From contig CAWKKR010000001.1 in NCBI GenBank assembly GCA_963850305.1, forward strand, positions 256,001-320,000: 64,000 bases of DNA. The letters run 5' to 3'. Below, piece by piece: positions 1-9,956 of this stretch. Below the pieces are notes generated by a model. It was given only the letters and a program-made list of their open reading frames with translations. It did no database searches and was not told the DNA's origin. A program made the translations under genes and the position numbers. Each line of letters begins with the position of its first letter. The first letter of the stretch is position 1. Source of the DNA: an uncultured delta proteobacterium. GTDB lineage: Bacteria; Myxococcota_A; Polyangia; Polyangiales; Polyangiaceae.

Positions 1-975
1 GTCGACCCCGTTGGTGCAGTTCTCCGGCCTGCCGGGCGGCGTGCACGCGCAAGCTCCCGAGGAAACGCACTCGGGATCGGCGCAATCGACGAGCCCGTCG
101 CAGTCGTCATCGACTCCGTTCCTGCAGTTCTCCGGCGTTGCGCGACACGCGCACGCGGTCGTCGCGGCACAATCGGAGTCAGCGCAGTCCGTCTTGCCGT
201 CACAATCGTCGTCGATGCCGTTCCCGCAGAACCCGACCTCGTTCACGCGACAGCCGCAAGCGACCGTGCCGATGCACGCGGGGTCGTTGCAATCCACGGC
301 CCCGTTGCAGTCGTCGTCCTTTCCGTTCGTGCAGTCTTCTCCGGACGACGACGGCGTGCAGCCGCAGTGCGGCACCGCAGCGCACGCGGGATCGTTGCAG
401 TCGGCAACGCCGTTACAATCGTCGTCGACCCCGTCCGTGCACCGTTCGGGTTCACCGGGGTGCACGGACGGATCCAGGTCGTCGCAGTCCGTGCCGCCGC
501 ATGCGATGTCGACATAACCGTCTCCGTCGGTGTCCTTTGCCGTCGTGGAGCAAAGTCCCTCCGCGCACACGGGCGTTTCGCACGAACTTGGGGCGGGACA
601 CGTGAGGGCCGTCGCGCAGCTCGTGGGCTGTCCACCCGCACCGACGAAACCTCCCGCGGCCGGCTCGCCCCCGGACCCTGCGGCGGCACCGGATCCCGGC
701 TGTCCCCCGAAAGCAACGCCGCCCGCGCCGGTTCCAGCGCCCCCGCCGGACCCAAATCCGCCGCGACCCAACCCTCCAGTCGACGACGCGCCCGATCCTG
801 CGGAGCCACCCGCATTCTCACCGCCGTCGGAGGTCCCGCCCCGGGCGCCCGAGCCCGCACCGACGGCCCCTGCACCGAGCGGGCCGCCGAAATCCAGACC
901 ATCGACGCCCGAGCGACTGCACGCGACGAGAGAAGTCCACACAATCAGCCAGCAGGCCAATCCGCGGCCCTTCAT
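1..975 (-). CDS. Cys-rich repeat lipoprotein (MopE-like/putative metal-binding GxDDDCxGxxDCxDxxC repeats), runs off the left edge
   Basis: Not in the ORF track because it has no stop in the window. Manual translation from ATG 975 gives MKGRGLACWLIVWTSLVAC (lipobox), a Gly-rich linker, then at least 5 repeats such as ENCRNGVDDDCDGLVDCADPEC. Confidence 0.85.
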   Translation of the reverse strand, partial: MKGRGLACWLIVWTSLVACSRSGVDGLDFGGPLGAGAVGAGSGARGGTSDGGENAGGSAGSGASSTGGLGRGGFGSGGGAGTGAGGVAFGGQPGSGAAAGSGGEPAAGGFVGAGGQPTSCATALTCPAPSSCETPVCAEGLCSTTAKDTDGDGYVDIACGGTDCDDLDPSVHPGEPERCTDGVDDDCNGVADCNDPACAAVPHCGCTPSSSGEDCTNGKDDDCNGAVDCNDPACIGTVACGCRVNEVGFCGNGIDDDCDGKTDCADSDCAATTACACRATPENCRNGVDDDCDGLVDCADPECVSSGACACTPPGRPENCTNGVD

Positions 976-979
976 GCGC

Positions 980-2129
980 TCACCCCGGGGTCGCACAGCT
1001 CGTGACGACGTCGAGAGTGGCTCCGAGCGGCGCCGTTCGAGCCCGCCGGCAAGTGCTCGGGCAGAGTCTCGCGACGGCACCTGCATCCGCTGCCTCGATG
1101 TACCATTCTCCGGGCGCTTCCTCGGGATCGAGCCCGCCGTCGGGTTGCGGACAATCCGAGGCACTGGGCACCCGATGGTAGGTCGTGGGGGAGCCGCCTG
1201 GAACCGTTAGAAGCAGCTCCGTGCCGTCGCCCGAGGTCGCGGCCACGTCGCAGGGGTAGGCCGTATCCGCGATTCTGGAGGAGAGAGACCGTCACGTCGC
1301 TCGAGCTGAGAGCCGGGTACGATTGGCCCGTTCCGCCGGCAGCCGCGATAGCGTCCATGTCGCCGTTGGGACCTCCCAGAGCGATGACGTAGGTAGAGAA
1401 CCCCATCGAGAGCGCCACCCGGGCGGCGGCGACGGCCCCATCGAGCGTCGTCTGACAGACCGTGGGCGAGTCGTTCGAGGGAACGCCCGCCGTCATCAAG
1501 ACGATCGCGCCATGATTCGCCGCTCCGCCGACCGCCCAGGTTCGCGCGCCGGAGGTCGCTCCTTCCAGGGCGACGTCCAGCGGGGCGTCAGCGCCGAGAC
1601 CCTCGAGACCGATTTGCAAACCGTACGCCGACCCGTGATTCGCCAGGGAGGCGAGCAGGGCGGTGGTATTCGCGGGCACGGACAAGGGCTCGATGGGGAC
1701 GTCGGCGATTGCGTACCGGGTTGCGTCACACGCGGGATTCGGAGTCGGTGCCGGAAACACGAACGGGTAGGTCAACGGGAAATATTGCATCCCGACGTCG
1801 AGCCACTGGGCCACGCTCGAATCGCCGATGAAGGCAGCGAGACCCGAAGAAACCGCGCCCCATTGAGCTTGAGCGCCCGGGGACTGGTCGAGCATCAGAT
1901 AAAGCCCGAGCGATGGGAGTGGGTGCAGAGTGACCACGGTGCAGGCTGCATCGTGCTCCGAAGCGTCGATGGACGCGTCGGCGTGCCCGCCGTCGCTCCC
2001 GCCTGACGAACCCAGCGGGTGGGGGGAGCCAGCGACCAGGTAAACGTCCCGGGTCGTACAGGAAGCGAGGGCCGAAAGGGCAAGCGGCGCCAGAATCGCG
2101 CTCGCTCGCGCTAATTGGCGGATAACCAC
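980..2129 (-). CDS. VWA-domain lipoprotein; +1 frameshift near 1273 (probable sequencing error)
   Basis: ORF 972..2243 has lipobox ALASC and the VWA pattern LYLMLDQS...IVLMTAG...TYVIALGG...AIAAAGGT. Removing one base at GATTC 1271-1275 joins it to ORF 980..1246 (LLQIADTAYPC...LCPSTC). Start taken as GTG 2129. Confidence 0.7.
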
Positions 2130-3403
2130 CGCTGCGCCGCGGAGGCCTGCGGAGACGACGGCCATCGCCGGATGAGCTCTCCGGCGAGATCGCGCGCGCG
2201 CTCGGTGTCTCCCGTCTCGCGATACGTCCGCACGTCGATCCACAGAGCTTCCGGAGCGAGCGTACCCTGTCCGAACCGGACTTGCCGCTGGTTTGTCGCA
2301 TCACGCGCCGCGACGGCGTGCCCGAGCGAAAGCTCCATTCGAGCCAGAGCGACCCAGGCAGCTTCGGCCGTCACTCCCGCACCGTCCCCGGCGCGACGAT
2401 ACAGCTCGCGAGCCTTCGCGAAATCGCCAGCACGACGAGCTTGCTCCGCCATCGTCAGCGGATCGGCGGACGCAGATGGTGGCGCCGCAGCTACACGCGG
2501 CTCCGGGGGCGCGGGCGCAACGTCCTCTGCGAGGTTCACGGCGATCGCGCTCGGCTCCGGTGTCGCCACGCTCCCGGAACGTGCTCCGGAAGCGGTCTCC
2601 GCGACGTGGCCCGAAGCCGCACCATTTCGCGACGGTGGAGGGGGCGCTTCTCCCGATTCGAACGGCTTGAGCGAGTCCAGTCCCACGATCTCCGGTGCGC
2701 CGACTGCCGCGCGGATCGCTCGTCCGCGCTCCGCAGTCAAAATACTCCGCGCGACGCCCGCGTCGGAAACCGAGACACGCTGACCCGTCGACACCTCTTG
2801 CGTGCCGGCCCGATCCGTCACGCCGACGTGTCCCTCTGCAACTTCGACGGTGAATGTCGTTCCATCCTGCGTCACCGCGAAGATGGTCCCGTGCACTGTC
2901 ACCTCGCCGCCCGGAGCGCGCACGACGAGCTCCCCCCCACCCAGATCTTTCGCGTGAACGGCAACCGTCCCTGAATCCAGGGCAACGACGGTCCGGCAAG
3001 GCTCGGCATCCAGCAGCTTCACGGCGGTCCCGCCCGTTGCCTGCGCCACGGCCGTGACTCCCAGGTCCAGCCACGGGCCGTTCTGGTTCTCGGAGAATCC
3101 GACGCCGGACACGACCGGCCGCGATGCACAAGCCCGCGCAGCGGTCCGCGCCGCCACCGGAGTCGTCGAGGGTACCGCTCTCTCATGACCGCGGGGCGCA
3201 ACGAACAGCATCAGAGCTGCGGCAACCGCCAGCACCGGACCCGCGGAGAGGATCGCAACCCGAACGCGGCGCGCTCGACGAACGAGTCCGGGACCCTCCG
3301 CCGCTACCCGTTCGAAGATCCTTTCGCGAGCCACCGCCGAGAGAGTCTCAGTGTCCGCCTCGGCAACCTCGTGCACGAAACTGCGAAAGCGCTCATCGAG
3401 CAT
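2111..3403 (-). CDS. FecR-type anti-sigma factor with TM helix and C-terminal TPR-like domain
   Basis: TM segment, FecR motifs EVTVHGTIFAV and VEVAEGHVGV, TPR-like helical tail; overlaps the stop of the ECF sigma gene. Confidence 0.8.
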   Translation of the reverse strand: MLDERFRSFVHEVAEADTETLSAVARERIFERVAAEGPGLVRRARRVRVAILSAGPVLAVAAALMLFVAPRGHERAVPSTTPVAARTAARACASRPVVSGVGFSENQNGPWLDLGVTAVAQATGGTAVKLLDAEPCRTVVALDSGTVAVHAKDLGGGELVVRAPGGEVTVHGTIFAVTQDGTTFTVEVAEGHVGVTDRAGTQEVSTGQRVSVSDAGVARSILTAERGRAIRAAVGAPEIVGLDSLKPFESGEAPPPPSRNGAASGHVAETASGARSGSVATPEPSAIAVNLAEDVAPAPPEPRVAAAPPSASADPLTMAEQARRAGDFAKARELYRRAGDGAGVTAEAAWVALARMELSLGHAVAARDATNQRQVRFGQGTLAPEALWIDVRTYRETGDTERARDLAGELIRRWPSSPQASAAQRWLSAN

Positions 3404-4136
3404 CGGAGGCCTCCACGAGGTCGGCGAGATACGGGTCGCGAGCCGCGAGCACCTTCAGCTCCTTCTGCGCGTAGTGAATTCGCGAGCGGGTCGCGGGCAC
3501 CGACGCGCCGACCATCGCCGCGATGGTCTCGACGTCCTTTCCCTCGACGGCCCAGAGCACGAACGCGATCCGCTTGTCGGCCGTGAGCTGGCGAAGAGCA
3601 GCGTCCAGCCGCCGGAGTTGCTCCACGGCCACGGCATTGTCATCCGTTCGGTGCGGACCCGCGGGCGCCTCCTCGGGCATGGGGGCGCGGAAGCGTGCCC
3701 AAGCGGTGGGACGCATGGCTCGCCGCGCGACGCGGACGGTGATGCCGCCGACGAACGTCGAAACCGTGCTCTCGCCGCGGAAACCCGGGAGCGCCTTGCA
3801 CATCTCGACGAAGACGTTCTGGACCAGGTCTTCGATATCCGCACGTGGACCGAGCAAGCGCCGCAGAAGCCGCTCCACGCGCGGAAGCTCGCGGCGCGCA
3901 ATGATCTCGAGCTCCCGGGGGTCCCCGGAACGGGCACGCGCGAGAGCGGCGTCCGCCACGCGGGCCGGGGCCGCAGCCGCTGTATCGACGAGGAGTGCGC
4001 CGGTCTGGTCCACGTTTCCCTGAGTCGCCCGAGCCGACCGAAGCGATGAACGAAGCGGAGGCTCTTCGTCCGTGACTCCGGGTAAAGGTTCGTTCATATC
4101 CGACCGAATTCGGGAGATTTTCTCGGACCGGAGCAC
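3393..4136 (-). CDS. ECF-family RNA polymerase sigma factor (start may be ATG 4097)
   Basis: Region 2 IEDLVQNVFVE...FRGES and region 4 RIAFVLWAVEG...IAAMVG...TRSRIHYA. Confidence 0.9.
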   Translation of the reverse strand: MLRSEKISRIRSDMNEPLPGVTDEEPPLRSSLRSARATQGNVDQTGALLVDTAAAAPARVADAALARARSGDPRELEIIARRELPRVERLLRRLLGPRADIEDLVQNVFVEMCKALPGFRGESTVSTFVGGITVRVARRAMRPTAWARFRAPMPEEAPAGPHRTDDNAVAVEQLRRLDAALRQLTADKRIAFVLWAVEGKDVETIAAMVGASVPATRSRIHYAQKELKVLAARDPYLADLVEASDAR

Positions 4137-5165
4137 TCAGAGGGAAAACTCCCAGATCAGGGAAGCCTGCCCGCGAAACTCGAGGTTACCCTCTTCCAGC
4201 GCCACGAGGGTCACCTTCGAGCCCGCTGGCGACGCGTAAAATCGGGTTGCTACCGGAAACCACGCGCCCCCGGCGCCGAGCCCGATACCCAGGCCCGCGC
4301 CGAGTGAAAAGCGTAGCTCACCACCGAGCCCGAGCCAAACGGCCGTCCTGAGATCGCTGGAAATGGTCGTCGACCCGGCGCCAGCGGCCCGGAGATCGAT
4401 GAAAGCGAGACCGATATCGCACCAACCGACGATGGAGCTCGGGGCCCGGCCGCTTCCGAGACTGAGCCGGAGCGCCGTCTCGGTTCGCTGGTAACCAATG
4501 GCGCCTCGCTGCTCCGTCCCGTCGGGCAGGAGAAGGAGCTGGTCCCGGTGCATCGTCCCGAGTCCGCGCGCATGGAGACCTACCCCGAACCACATGGAGC
4601 GGGGGCTCCGCGAGACTTCGAGGTCCGCACCGAGCGTGGGCTGTAGAAGAGCAATGTCACCGTTGGCGCTCAGGCTCTCCACCAGCCCGACGTCGAGCGC
4701 CAGCCCGCGAGCGGACCAGCTCGAGCTCGGCGCCGGAAGAGCCGCGGCTCGCGCCGGCGGCGCGTTGCGAATGATTTCGAGTAGCTCGCGAGCCGCCAGC
4801 GCGACCACGTAGGGCGCCTTCGCGGCAATCGGCGCCAGCGCGCGCGAGCCCATCGTACCGTCGCTCGGTCGCACGACGCTGACGACCGCACGCTCCGTGT
4901 CCAGGACGACGACGAGATCTTCCTTCCACGACGCACGCGCCTCGGCGACGAGGGCGTCGAGGTTTCGCGCGTTCGCGCTGGTCCGCCTCACGACGGGGAC
5001 ATCCAGCTCCGTCGATAAATCCCGGGCCGCTCGTTCCGACGCCGGCGACGCCGTGACCAGCGCGACGGTCTCGGCCCAGGCGACAGGTGAACAGAGCAGT
5101 ACCGCGATGGCACAGAGCGCGGCGAGCGAACGAGGCGCGCCCCGGCTCGACCGGACCCCTTTCAG
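4137..5165 (-). CDS. Exported protein with C-terminal outer-membrane beta-barrel-like region; start uncertain
   Basis: 3' part of ORF 4137..5450: signal peptide LCAIAVLLCSPVAWA, amphipathic Gly/aromatic strands, terminal LIWEFSL. The apparent fusion to YggX is a frameshift artefact. Confidence 0.6.
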   Translation of the reverse strand: MKGVRSSRGAPRSLAALCAIAVLLCSPVAWAETVALVTASPASERAARDLSTELDVPVVRRTSANARNLDALVAEARASWKEDLVVVLDTERAVVSVVRPSDGTMGSRALAPIAAKAPYVVALAARELLEIIRNAPPARAAALPAPSSSWSARGLALDVGLVESLSANGDIALLQPTLGADLEVSRSPRSMWFGVGLHARGLGTMHRDQLLLLPDGTEQRGAIGYQRTETALRLSLGSGRAPSSIVGWCDIGLAFIDLRAAGAGSTTISSDLRTAVWLGLGGELRFSLGAGLGIGLGAGGAWFPVATRFYASPAGSKVTLVALEEGNLEFRGQASLIWEFSL

Positions 5166-5435
5166 CCCCCGCGCGGAACGAAGTCCGGCGGAAGCTCCGA
5201 GCCTTCGCCAAAGAAGTATTTCTGACATTCGGCCATCCAGAATCTTCTGACCCTGGCCACTCGTGAGGTCGAGACGGTACTCGTTGACGAGCATCTTCGA
5301 GTGCTCGATCCACGTCCTCCACGCCTCCTTGGAGACGTTCTGGAACAACTTCTCGCCCATCTCGCCCTTGAACGGAGGCTTATCCAGACCCTCCATCTCG
5401 CGGCCCAGCTTCACACAGTGAACCATGCGCGGCAT
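5162..5435 (-). CDS. yggX: Fe(II)-trafficking / oxidative damage protection protein; +1 frameshift near 5242
   Basis: MPRMVHCVKLGREMEGLDKPPF...VSKEAW...MLVNEYRL. Removing one base at 5240-5244 restores KIWMAECQKYFFGEG...PPDFVP and stop 5162-5164. Confidence 0.9.
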
Positions 5436-5582
5436 TCTGCGCGCGCTCATACCCCTGACGACCGCCGCCGGCTACCGGGAAACCCCGACGGCTACTCGCG
5501 ATCCTGGGCCCCGTCCATCCTCCCAGGCCCTGTCCCGCCGAAAGACTTTGGTGGGTCAGAGGGTTTTTTATAGATTGCTCCC

Positions 5583-6137
5583 GTGAAGCGCCCTTCCCTG
5601 ATCGCCTTTCCCACTGCCGCCCTCGCCGTCGGGCTTCTCTGGGCGGGTCCGGCCGCGGCACAATCCATCATCAAGCACCCGGGCGACCACCCGAGTTACA
5701 GCTTCGAAGCCGAGCCGCACCTTGCGCTCGATCCCGGGGGCGGGACCGGTTTCGGGCCTGGATTTCGAGGGACCGTGGTGCTCCTGCAGAACGGGTTCGT
5801 CTCCTCCATCAACAACTCCATCGGGCTCGGGTTCGGCGGAGACCTCCTCTTTTACGGGAGCCATTGCCACGACGGCTGCGGCACGCACACCGACCTGATG
5901 CTGCCGCTGGTGATGCAGTGGAATTTTTGGTTGCACCCGGACTGGTCGGTGTTCGGCGAGCCGGGCGTCGCGTTTCACCTGCGCGGTGGTCACTCGGATC
6001 ACTTCGAATTCGACGAGGTCACGCTGTTCGTGGGCGGGCGATACCACTTCAACGATTCGCTGGCCCTGACGCTTCGGCTCGGCGCGCCGCTCATCGACAA
6101 CAACGTATTTTCCATCGGGCTGAGCCTCTTGCTCTGA
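5583..6137 (+). CDS. Small outer-membrane beta-barrel-like protein
   Basis: Signal peptide ending AAAQ, alternating strands (LFVGGRYHF, FSIGLSLLL). Confidence 0.65.
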   Translation: MKRPSLIAFPTAALAVGLLWAGPAAAQSIIKHPGDHPSYSFEAEPHLALDPGGGTGFGPGFRGTVVLLQNGFVSSINNSIGLGFGGDLLFYGSHCHDGCGTHTDLMLPLVMQWNFWLHPDWSVFGEPGVAFHLRGGHSDHFEFDEVTLFVGGRYHFNDSLALTLRLGAPLIDNNVFSIGLSLLL

Positions 6138-6138
6138 G

Positions 6139-7704
6139 CTATCCGGACTTCCGGCGAAGGATCCCCCGTACGACCGCGACGTCCTCCGCACCCACCTCGC
6201 GCGAGACGACGAGAAGCACGCAATAAAGCGCGGCCACGACGGCGCACGCGCCGATCGTGGCGACGGCACCGCCTTGCGGAAGATGACGCGCGACGGCGAT
6301 GGCGACGGCCATCGCGCCGAGGACGCGGACGACCGTCGCTGGCGAGGCGACCGCGCCCGCCGTACGGTAGACGAGGTATCCGGCGCATCCCGTCGCGAGG
6401 ACGAGCCCCGCGGAGGTCGACAGGGCCGTCCGGAAGAGGAGTCCCTCTCCGAAAGCCGCGCCGCGCACCTGCACGAAGCACGAGATGACGACGAGAACGA
6501 ACGCGACGGCCACGACCAGCGCGCCCGCACGCTCGCGGCCCAGACTCGACAGGACCGCCGTGAGCACGCCCAGGATCGCGAACGCACCGAAGCCCAGCGT
6601 GAGCACCTGCATCGACCGCGTGCCGTAAAGCGCCGCTTCCGGCGAATAGACGAGACGAATGAGCGGCCCCGAGAGGCCCGACGTGACGCTCACCATGAGG
6701 CCCGCGAGGAGCATCGCGACGCGCACGCCGCCCGAGACGAGCCGCGCCACCGCCGCGTCGTCGCCGCTCTTCTGCGCCGAAGCGAGCATGGGGAACAGAA
6801 TGAACGTCACGCTGATGAGAAGCTGATACGGCAAGAAGGAATAGAGTTGCGTCGCACGATACGCGCCGACCAGCGGGTCCGCCGCCGACGGCAGGAGCCC
6901 CGCGACGACGGCTGCCTCGCCTGCAAACCGGCGGAGCAACGTGATATCGGCCTGAAGCAAACAATTCAGGAGCACCTGCCCCAGCAGGAGCGGTCCGATG
7001 AAGCGCAGGTGATCCGCCGCCGTGATGCCGCGCGGCCCGCGCTTGCCGGTGCCCACCACGCCCGCGGCGATGAGCGCGACGAGCCCCGCGACCACGACGA
7101 AGCCGGCCGTCGCTCCCTCTACGCCGCGACCCATGCGCCGGAAGAAAAGCCCGAACGCGACGAGCGCCGCCGTGCGCGCCGTACCGAACACGACGTCGAA
7201 CGTCGCCTGAGCGACGAACTGCTTGCGGCCGTTGAGAACGCCGATGAACGGCGAATAGAGGCCGTAGAACAGGAGCACCAGGCTGCTCAGCTGGAGCGCG
7301 CCGGTGAGGTGGGGCGCGTGCATGAAGCCCGTGATGAAGGGAACCGCGACGAAGAACGCCGCGGCCGAGAAGACCGCCAGCGCCGCGTGCACGACGAGCG
7401 TGCGTCGGACCGTCGCCGGCTGCCCCTCCGGGTCCGCCTGAGCGACGGCGCGGCTCACGCCCTGAATGGAGGTCGTGACGAGGGGGTTATAGGTGATGCC
7501 CGCGGCACTCAGCACGCTCGAGAGGGCACCGTAGCCGTCCAGGCCGAGCACACGTGGCAGCAGGATCTGCTGTACGAGACCTTGAAAGATGAAATAAATC
7601 TTGGCGAACGTGATCGCGAGACCGCCGCGACCGGCCGTGCGCGTGTCATCGGCGACGGGAACTTCCCCGGTCGCAGCCTCCGGTGGGCCTCGTGTCGCTT
7701 CCAA
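6139..7704 (-). CDS. MOP-family (MurJ/SpoVB/Wzx-like) lipid-linked oligosaccharide flippase
   Basis: Many TM helices, LLPRVLGLDGYG, VGAYRATQLYSFLPYQ...ILFP. Confidence 0.75.
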   Translation of the reverse strand: MEATRGPPEAATGEVPVADDTRTAGRGGLAITFAKIYFIFQGLVQQILLPRVLGLDGYGALSSVLSAAGITYNPLVTTSIQGVSRAVAQADPEGQPATVRRTLVVHAALAVFSAAAFFVAVPFITGFMHAPHLTGALQLSSLVLLFYGLYSPFIGVLNGRKQFVAQATFDVVFGTARTAALVAFGLFFRRMGRGVEGATAGFVVVAGLVALIAAGVVGTGKRGPRGITAADHLRFIGPLLLGQVLLNCLLQADITLLRRFAGEAAVVAGLLPSAADPLVGAYRATQLYSFLPYQLLISVTFILFPMLASAQKSGDDAAVARLVSGGVRVAMLLAGLMVSVTSGLSGPLIRLVYSPEAALYGTRSMQVLTLGFGAFAILGVLTAVLSSLGRERAGALVVAVAFVLVVISCFVQVRGAAFGEGLLFRTALSTSAGLVLATGCAGYLVYRTAGAVASPATVVRVLGAMAVAIAVARHLPQGGAVATIGACAVVAALYCVLLVVSREVGAEDVAVVRGILRRKSG

Positions 7705-7849
7705 ATTTCCGCGTATCCCTCATTTTCGCTTCGGCGCGCAAGCTTGCACTTGTCGCGTGCTACGAAGCGCCGCGCGCCCAGGGGACGCGTGGCGGCGCTT
7801 CGCCTTGCGGCAGCGCGAAAGATCAGCCACAAAACCGCACCAACAAACC

Positions 7850-8197
7850 ATGGCAAAGACCAGGACCGACCCGAAAAAGGTGCGCCGTGCGGCCGAACAT
7901 CCGCGACGCCCGGGGTCGGAGTGCGCGGCGGCGCCCGGGGCCTTTCACCCCGTCGTCGATCGGACACGCTGTGAAGGCAAACGCGACTGCGAGGCCGTCT
8001 GTCCGTACGACGTGTTCGAGGTGGGTCGGATGACGGACGAGGATTTCAACGCGCTTTCGTTTCTGACGAAGCTCAAGGCCTTCGCGCACCGGCGCCAGAC
8101 GGCGTACACGCCACGAGCGGCGTCGTGTCTCGCTTGCGGGCTCTGCGTCGTGGCGTGCCCGGAGCAGGCTATCACACTCACCGAAAGCATCCCTTGA
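7850..8197 (+). CDS. Dicluster ferredoxin (probable 3Fe-4S/4Fe-4S)
   Basis: CEGKRDCEAVCP and CLACGLCVVACP motifs; start ATG 7850. Confidence 0.85.
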   Translation: MAKTRTDPKKVRRAAEHPRRPGSECAAAPGAFHPVVDRTRCEGKRDCEAVCPYDVFEVGRMTDEDFNALSFLTKLKAFAHRRQTAYTPRAASCLACGLCVVACPEQAITLTESIP

Positions 8198-9813
8198 TCC
8201 GGCTCGACTCCGTTTCGAAACAGCACGGCTCGCAGATCCTCTTTCTGGACGCCTCGATGAGCGTTCACAAGGGCGAGAAGGTCGGTCTCGTGGGGCCGAA
8301 CGGCGCGGGCAAATCGACCATCTTTCGGATGATCGTGCGCGAGGAGCCACCCGACGGCGGACAGATCGCGGTCGATCGCGGCGTCGTCGTCGGATACTTC
8401 AGCCAGGACGCCGGCGAGATGCGCGGCCGCAGCGTGCTCGACGAGACGATGGCGGGCGCGGGCGCGGTTTCGGAGGCCGCGCAGGAGATGCATGCGCTCG
8501 AACACGCGCTCGCCGATCCAGCGCGAGCAGACGAACTCGACGTGCTCGTCGAGCGTTTCGGCCATGCGCAGGCGCGGTTCGAGGAACTCGACGGCTATGC
8601 ACTCGACGCCCGCGCGAGAGAAATCCTGGCCGGCCTGGGCTTCCGTCCGGAGGTGGTCGAGGACGACGTGGGGAAGCTCTCCGGCGGGTGGAAAATGCGC
8701 GTCGCGCTCGCACGCATTCTCTTGATGCGACCGGACGCGCTGCTCCTCGACGAGCCGACGAACCACCTGGACATCGAGTCGATCATCTGGCTCGAGAGCT
8801 TCCTGCAAAACTTCGACGGCGCGCTCGTCATGACGTCCCACGACCGCGAGTTCTTGAACCGGATCGCTACCAAGATCGTCGAGATCGACGGCGGCGATCT
8901 GAGTACGTTCTCCGGAAACTACGACTTCTACGAGGAGCAGCGCGCGATCCTGGCGGCGCAGGGCGAAGCCGAATACGCGCGACAACAGGCGATGCTCGCG
9001 AAGGAGCAGGCCTTCATCGACAGGTTCAGGGCCCAAGCCAGCCATGCATCCCAGGTGCAGTCGCGAGTGAAGAAGCTCGAGAAGATAGAAAAAGTGGAGC
9101 CCCCGAAGCGCAGGAAGGTCCTCGACTTCGAGTTCCGGCCCGCCCCGCGCTCGGGTGACGACGTGGCGAAGCTGGAACACGTCGTGAAAGGGTATGGCGC
9201 GCGAAAAATCCACGACGGGCTGGACCTGTTGATTCGCCGCCGGGAACGGTGGTGCGTCATGGGCGTCAACGGCGCCGGCAAGTCCACGTTGTTGAAGCTC
9301 GTCGCGGGAGAGTCGAACCCCGACGACGGCCGCGTGACGCTCGGCGCGAGCGTCAAGACCGGCTACTTCGCGCAGCACTCCATGGATCTCCTCGACCCCG
9401 GGAAGACCGTCCTCGACTCTCTACAGAGCGCGTTCCCCACGTCGTCGCTCGGGGCCTTGCGTTCGCTCGCGGGTGGCTTCGGATTCTCCGGCGACGACGT
9501 CGACAAATCCTGTCGCGTCCTCTCGGGCGGCGAGAAGGCGCGCCTCGTGCTGGCGCTCATGCTCTACGATCCGCCCAACTTCCTGATCCTCGACGAGCCG
9601 ACCAATCACCTGGATCTGGGAACGAAAGACATGCTCGTGAAGGCGCTCTCCAGCTTCGAGGGGACGATGCTGTTCGTCTCGCACGATCGCAGGTTCCTCC
9701 AGGCGCTCTCGAACCGCGTGCTCGAGCTAGGCCCCGACGGTGCGCGAGCGTACGGCGGCGGCTACTCCGAGTACGTCACCGAATCGGGTCACGAAGCGCC
9801 GGGCGTCGGCTGA
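8194..9813 (+). CDS. ABC-F family ATPase (ribosome-associated)
   Basis: Two ABC domains (GPNGAGKST, LSGGWKMR, LLDEPTNHLD; GVNGAGKST, LSGGEKAR), no TM segments; TTG start overlaps the ferredoxin stop. Confidence 0.95.
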   Translation: MIRLDSVSKQHGSQILFLDASMSVHKGEKVGLVGPNGAGKSTIFRMIVREEPPDGGQIAVDRGVVVGYFSQDAGEMRGRSVLDETMAGAGAVSEAAQEMHALEHALADPARADELDVLVERFGHAQARFEELDGYALDARAREILAGLGFRPEVVEDDVGKLSGGWKMRVALARILLMRPDALLLDEPTNHLDIESIIWLESFLQNFDGALVMTSHDREFLNRIATKIVEIDGGDLSTFSGNYDFYEEQRAILAAQGEAEYARQQAMLAKEQAFIDRFRAQASHASQVQSRVKKLEKIEKVEPPKRRKVLDFEFRPAPRSGDDVAKLEHVVKGYGARKIHDGLDLLIRRRERWCVMGVNGAGKSTLLKLVAGESNPDDGRVTLGASVKTGYFAQHSMDLLDPGKTVLDSLQSAFPTSSLGALRSLAGGFGFSGDDVDKSCRVLSGGEKARLVLALMLYDPPNFLILDEPTNHLDLGTKDMLVKALSSFEGTMLFVSHDRRFLQALSNRVLELGPDGARAYGGGYSEYVTESGHEAPGVG

Positions 9814-9956
9814 GCCGCGACGCCGGCGAGCGGGTTCGTATCGACGAGCGGCCACGCCGATCGGCTTCTCCGAGGCAGCTCGAACAGATGTCGACCTCCT
9901 TTCGTAAGCTCGAGTGGCTCTAGACGATGAACGATGACGCCCGGGGATTGGGCCGC

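Noticed and set aside
4137..5450. Apparent YggX and outer-membrane protein fusion (437 aa)
   Set aside because: A single extra base near 5242 creates it; correction restores a normal YggX end and stop.
5534..5569. Hairpin plus T6 resembling a terminator or riboswitch
   Set aside because: It lies between divergent genes, the T-run is 8 nt from the core stem and adjoins the -10 box of the 5583 gene, and I recognise no aptamer.
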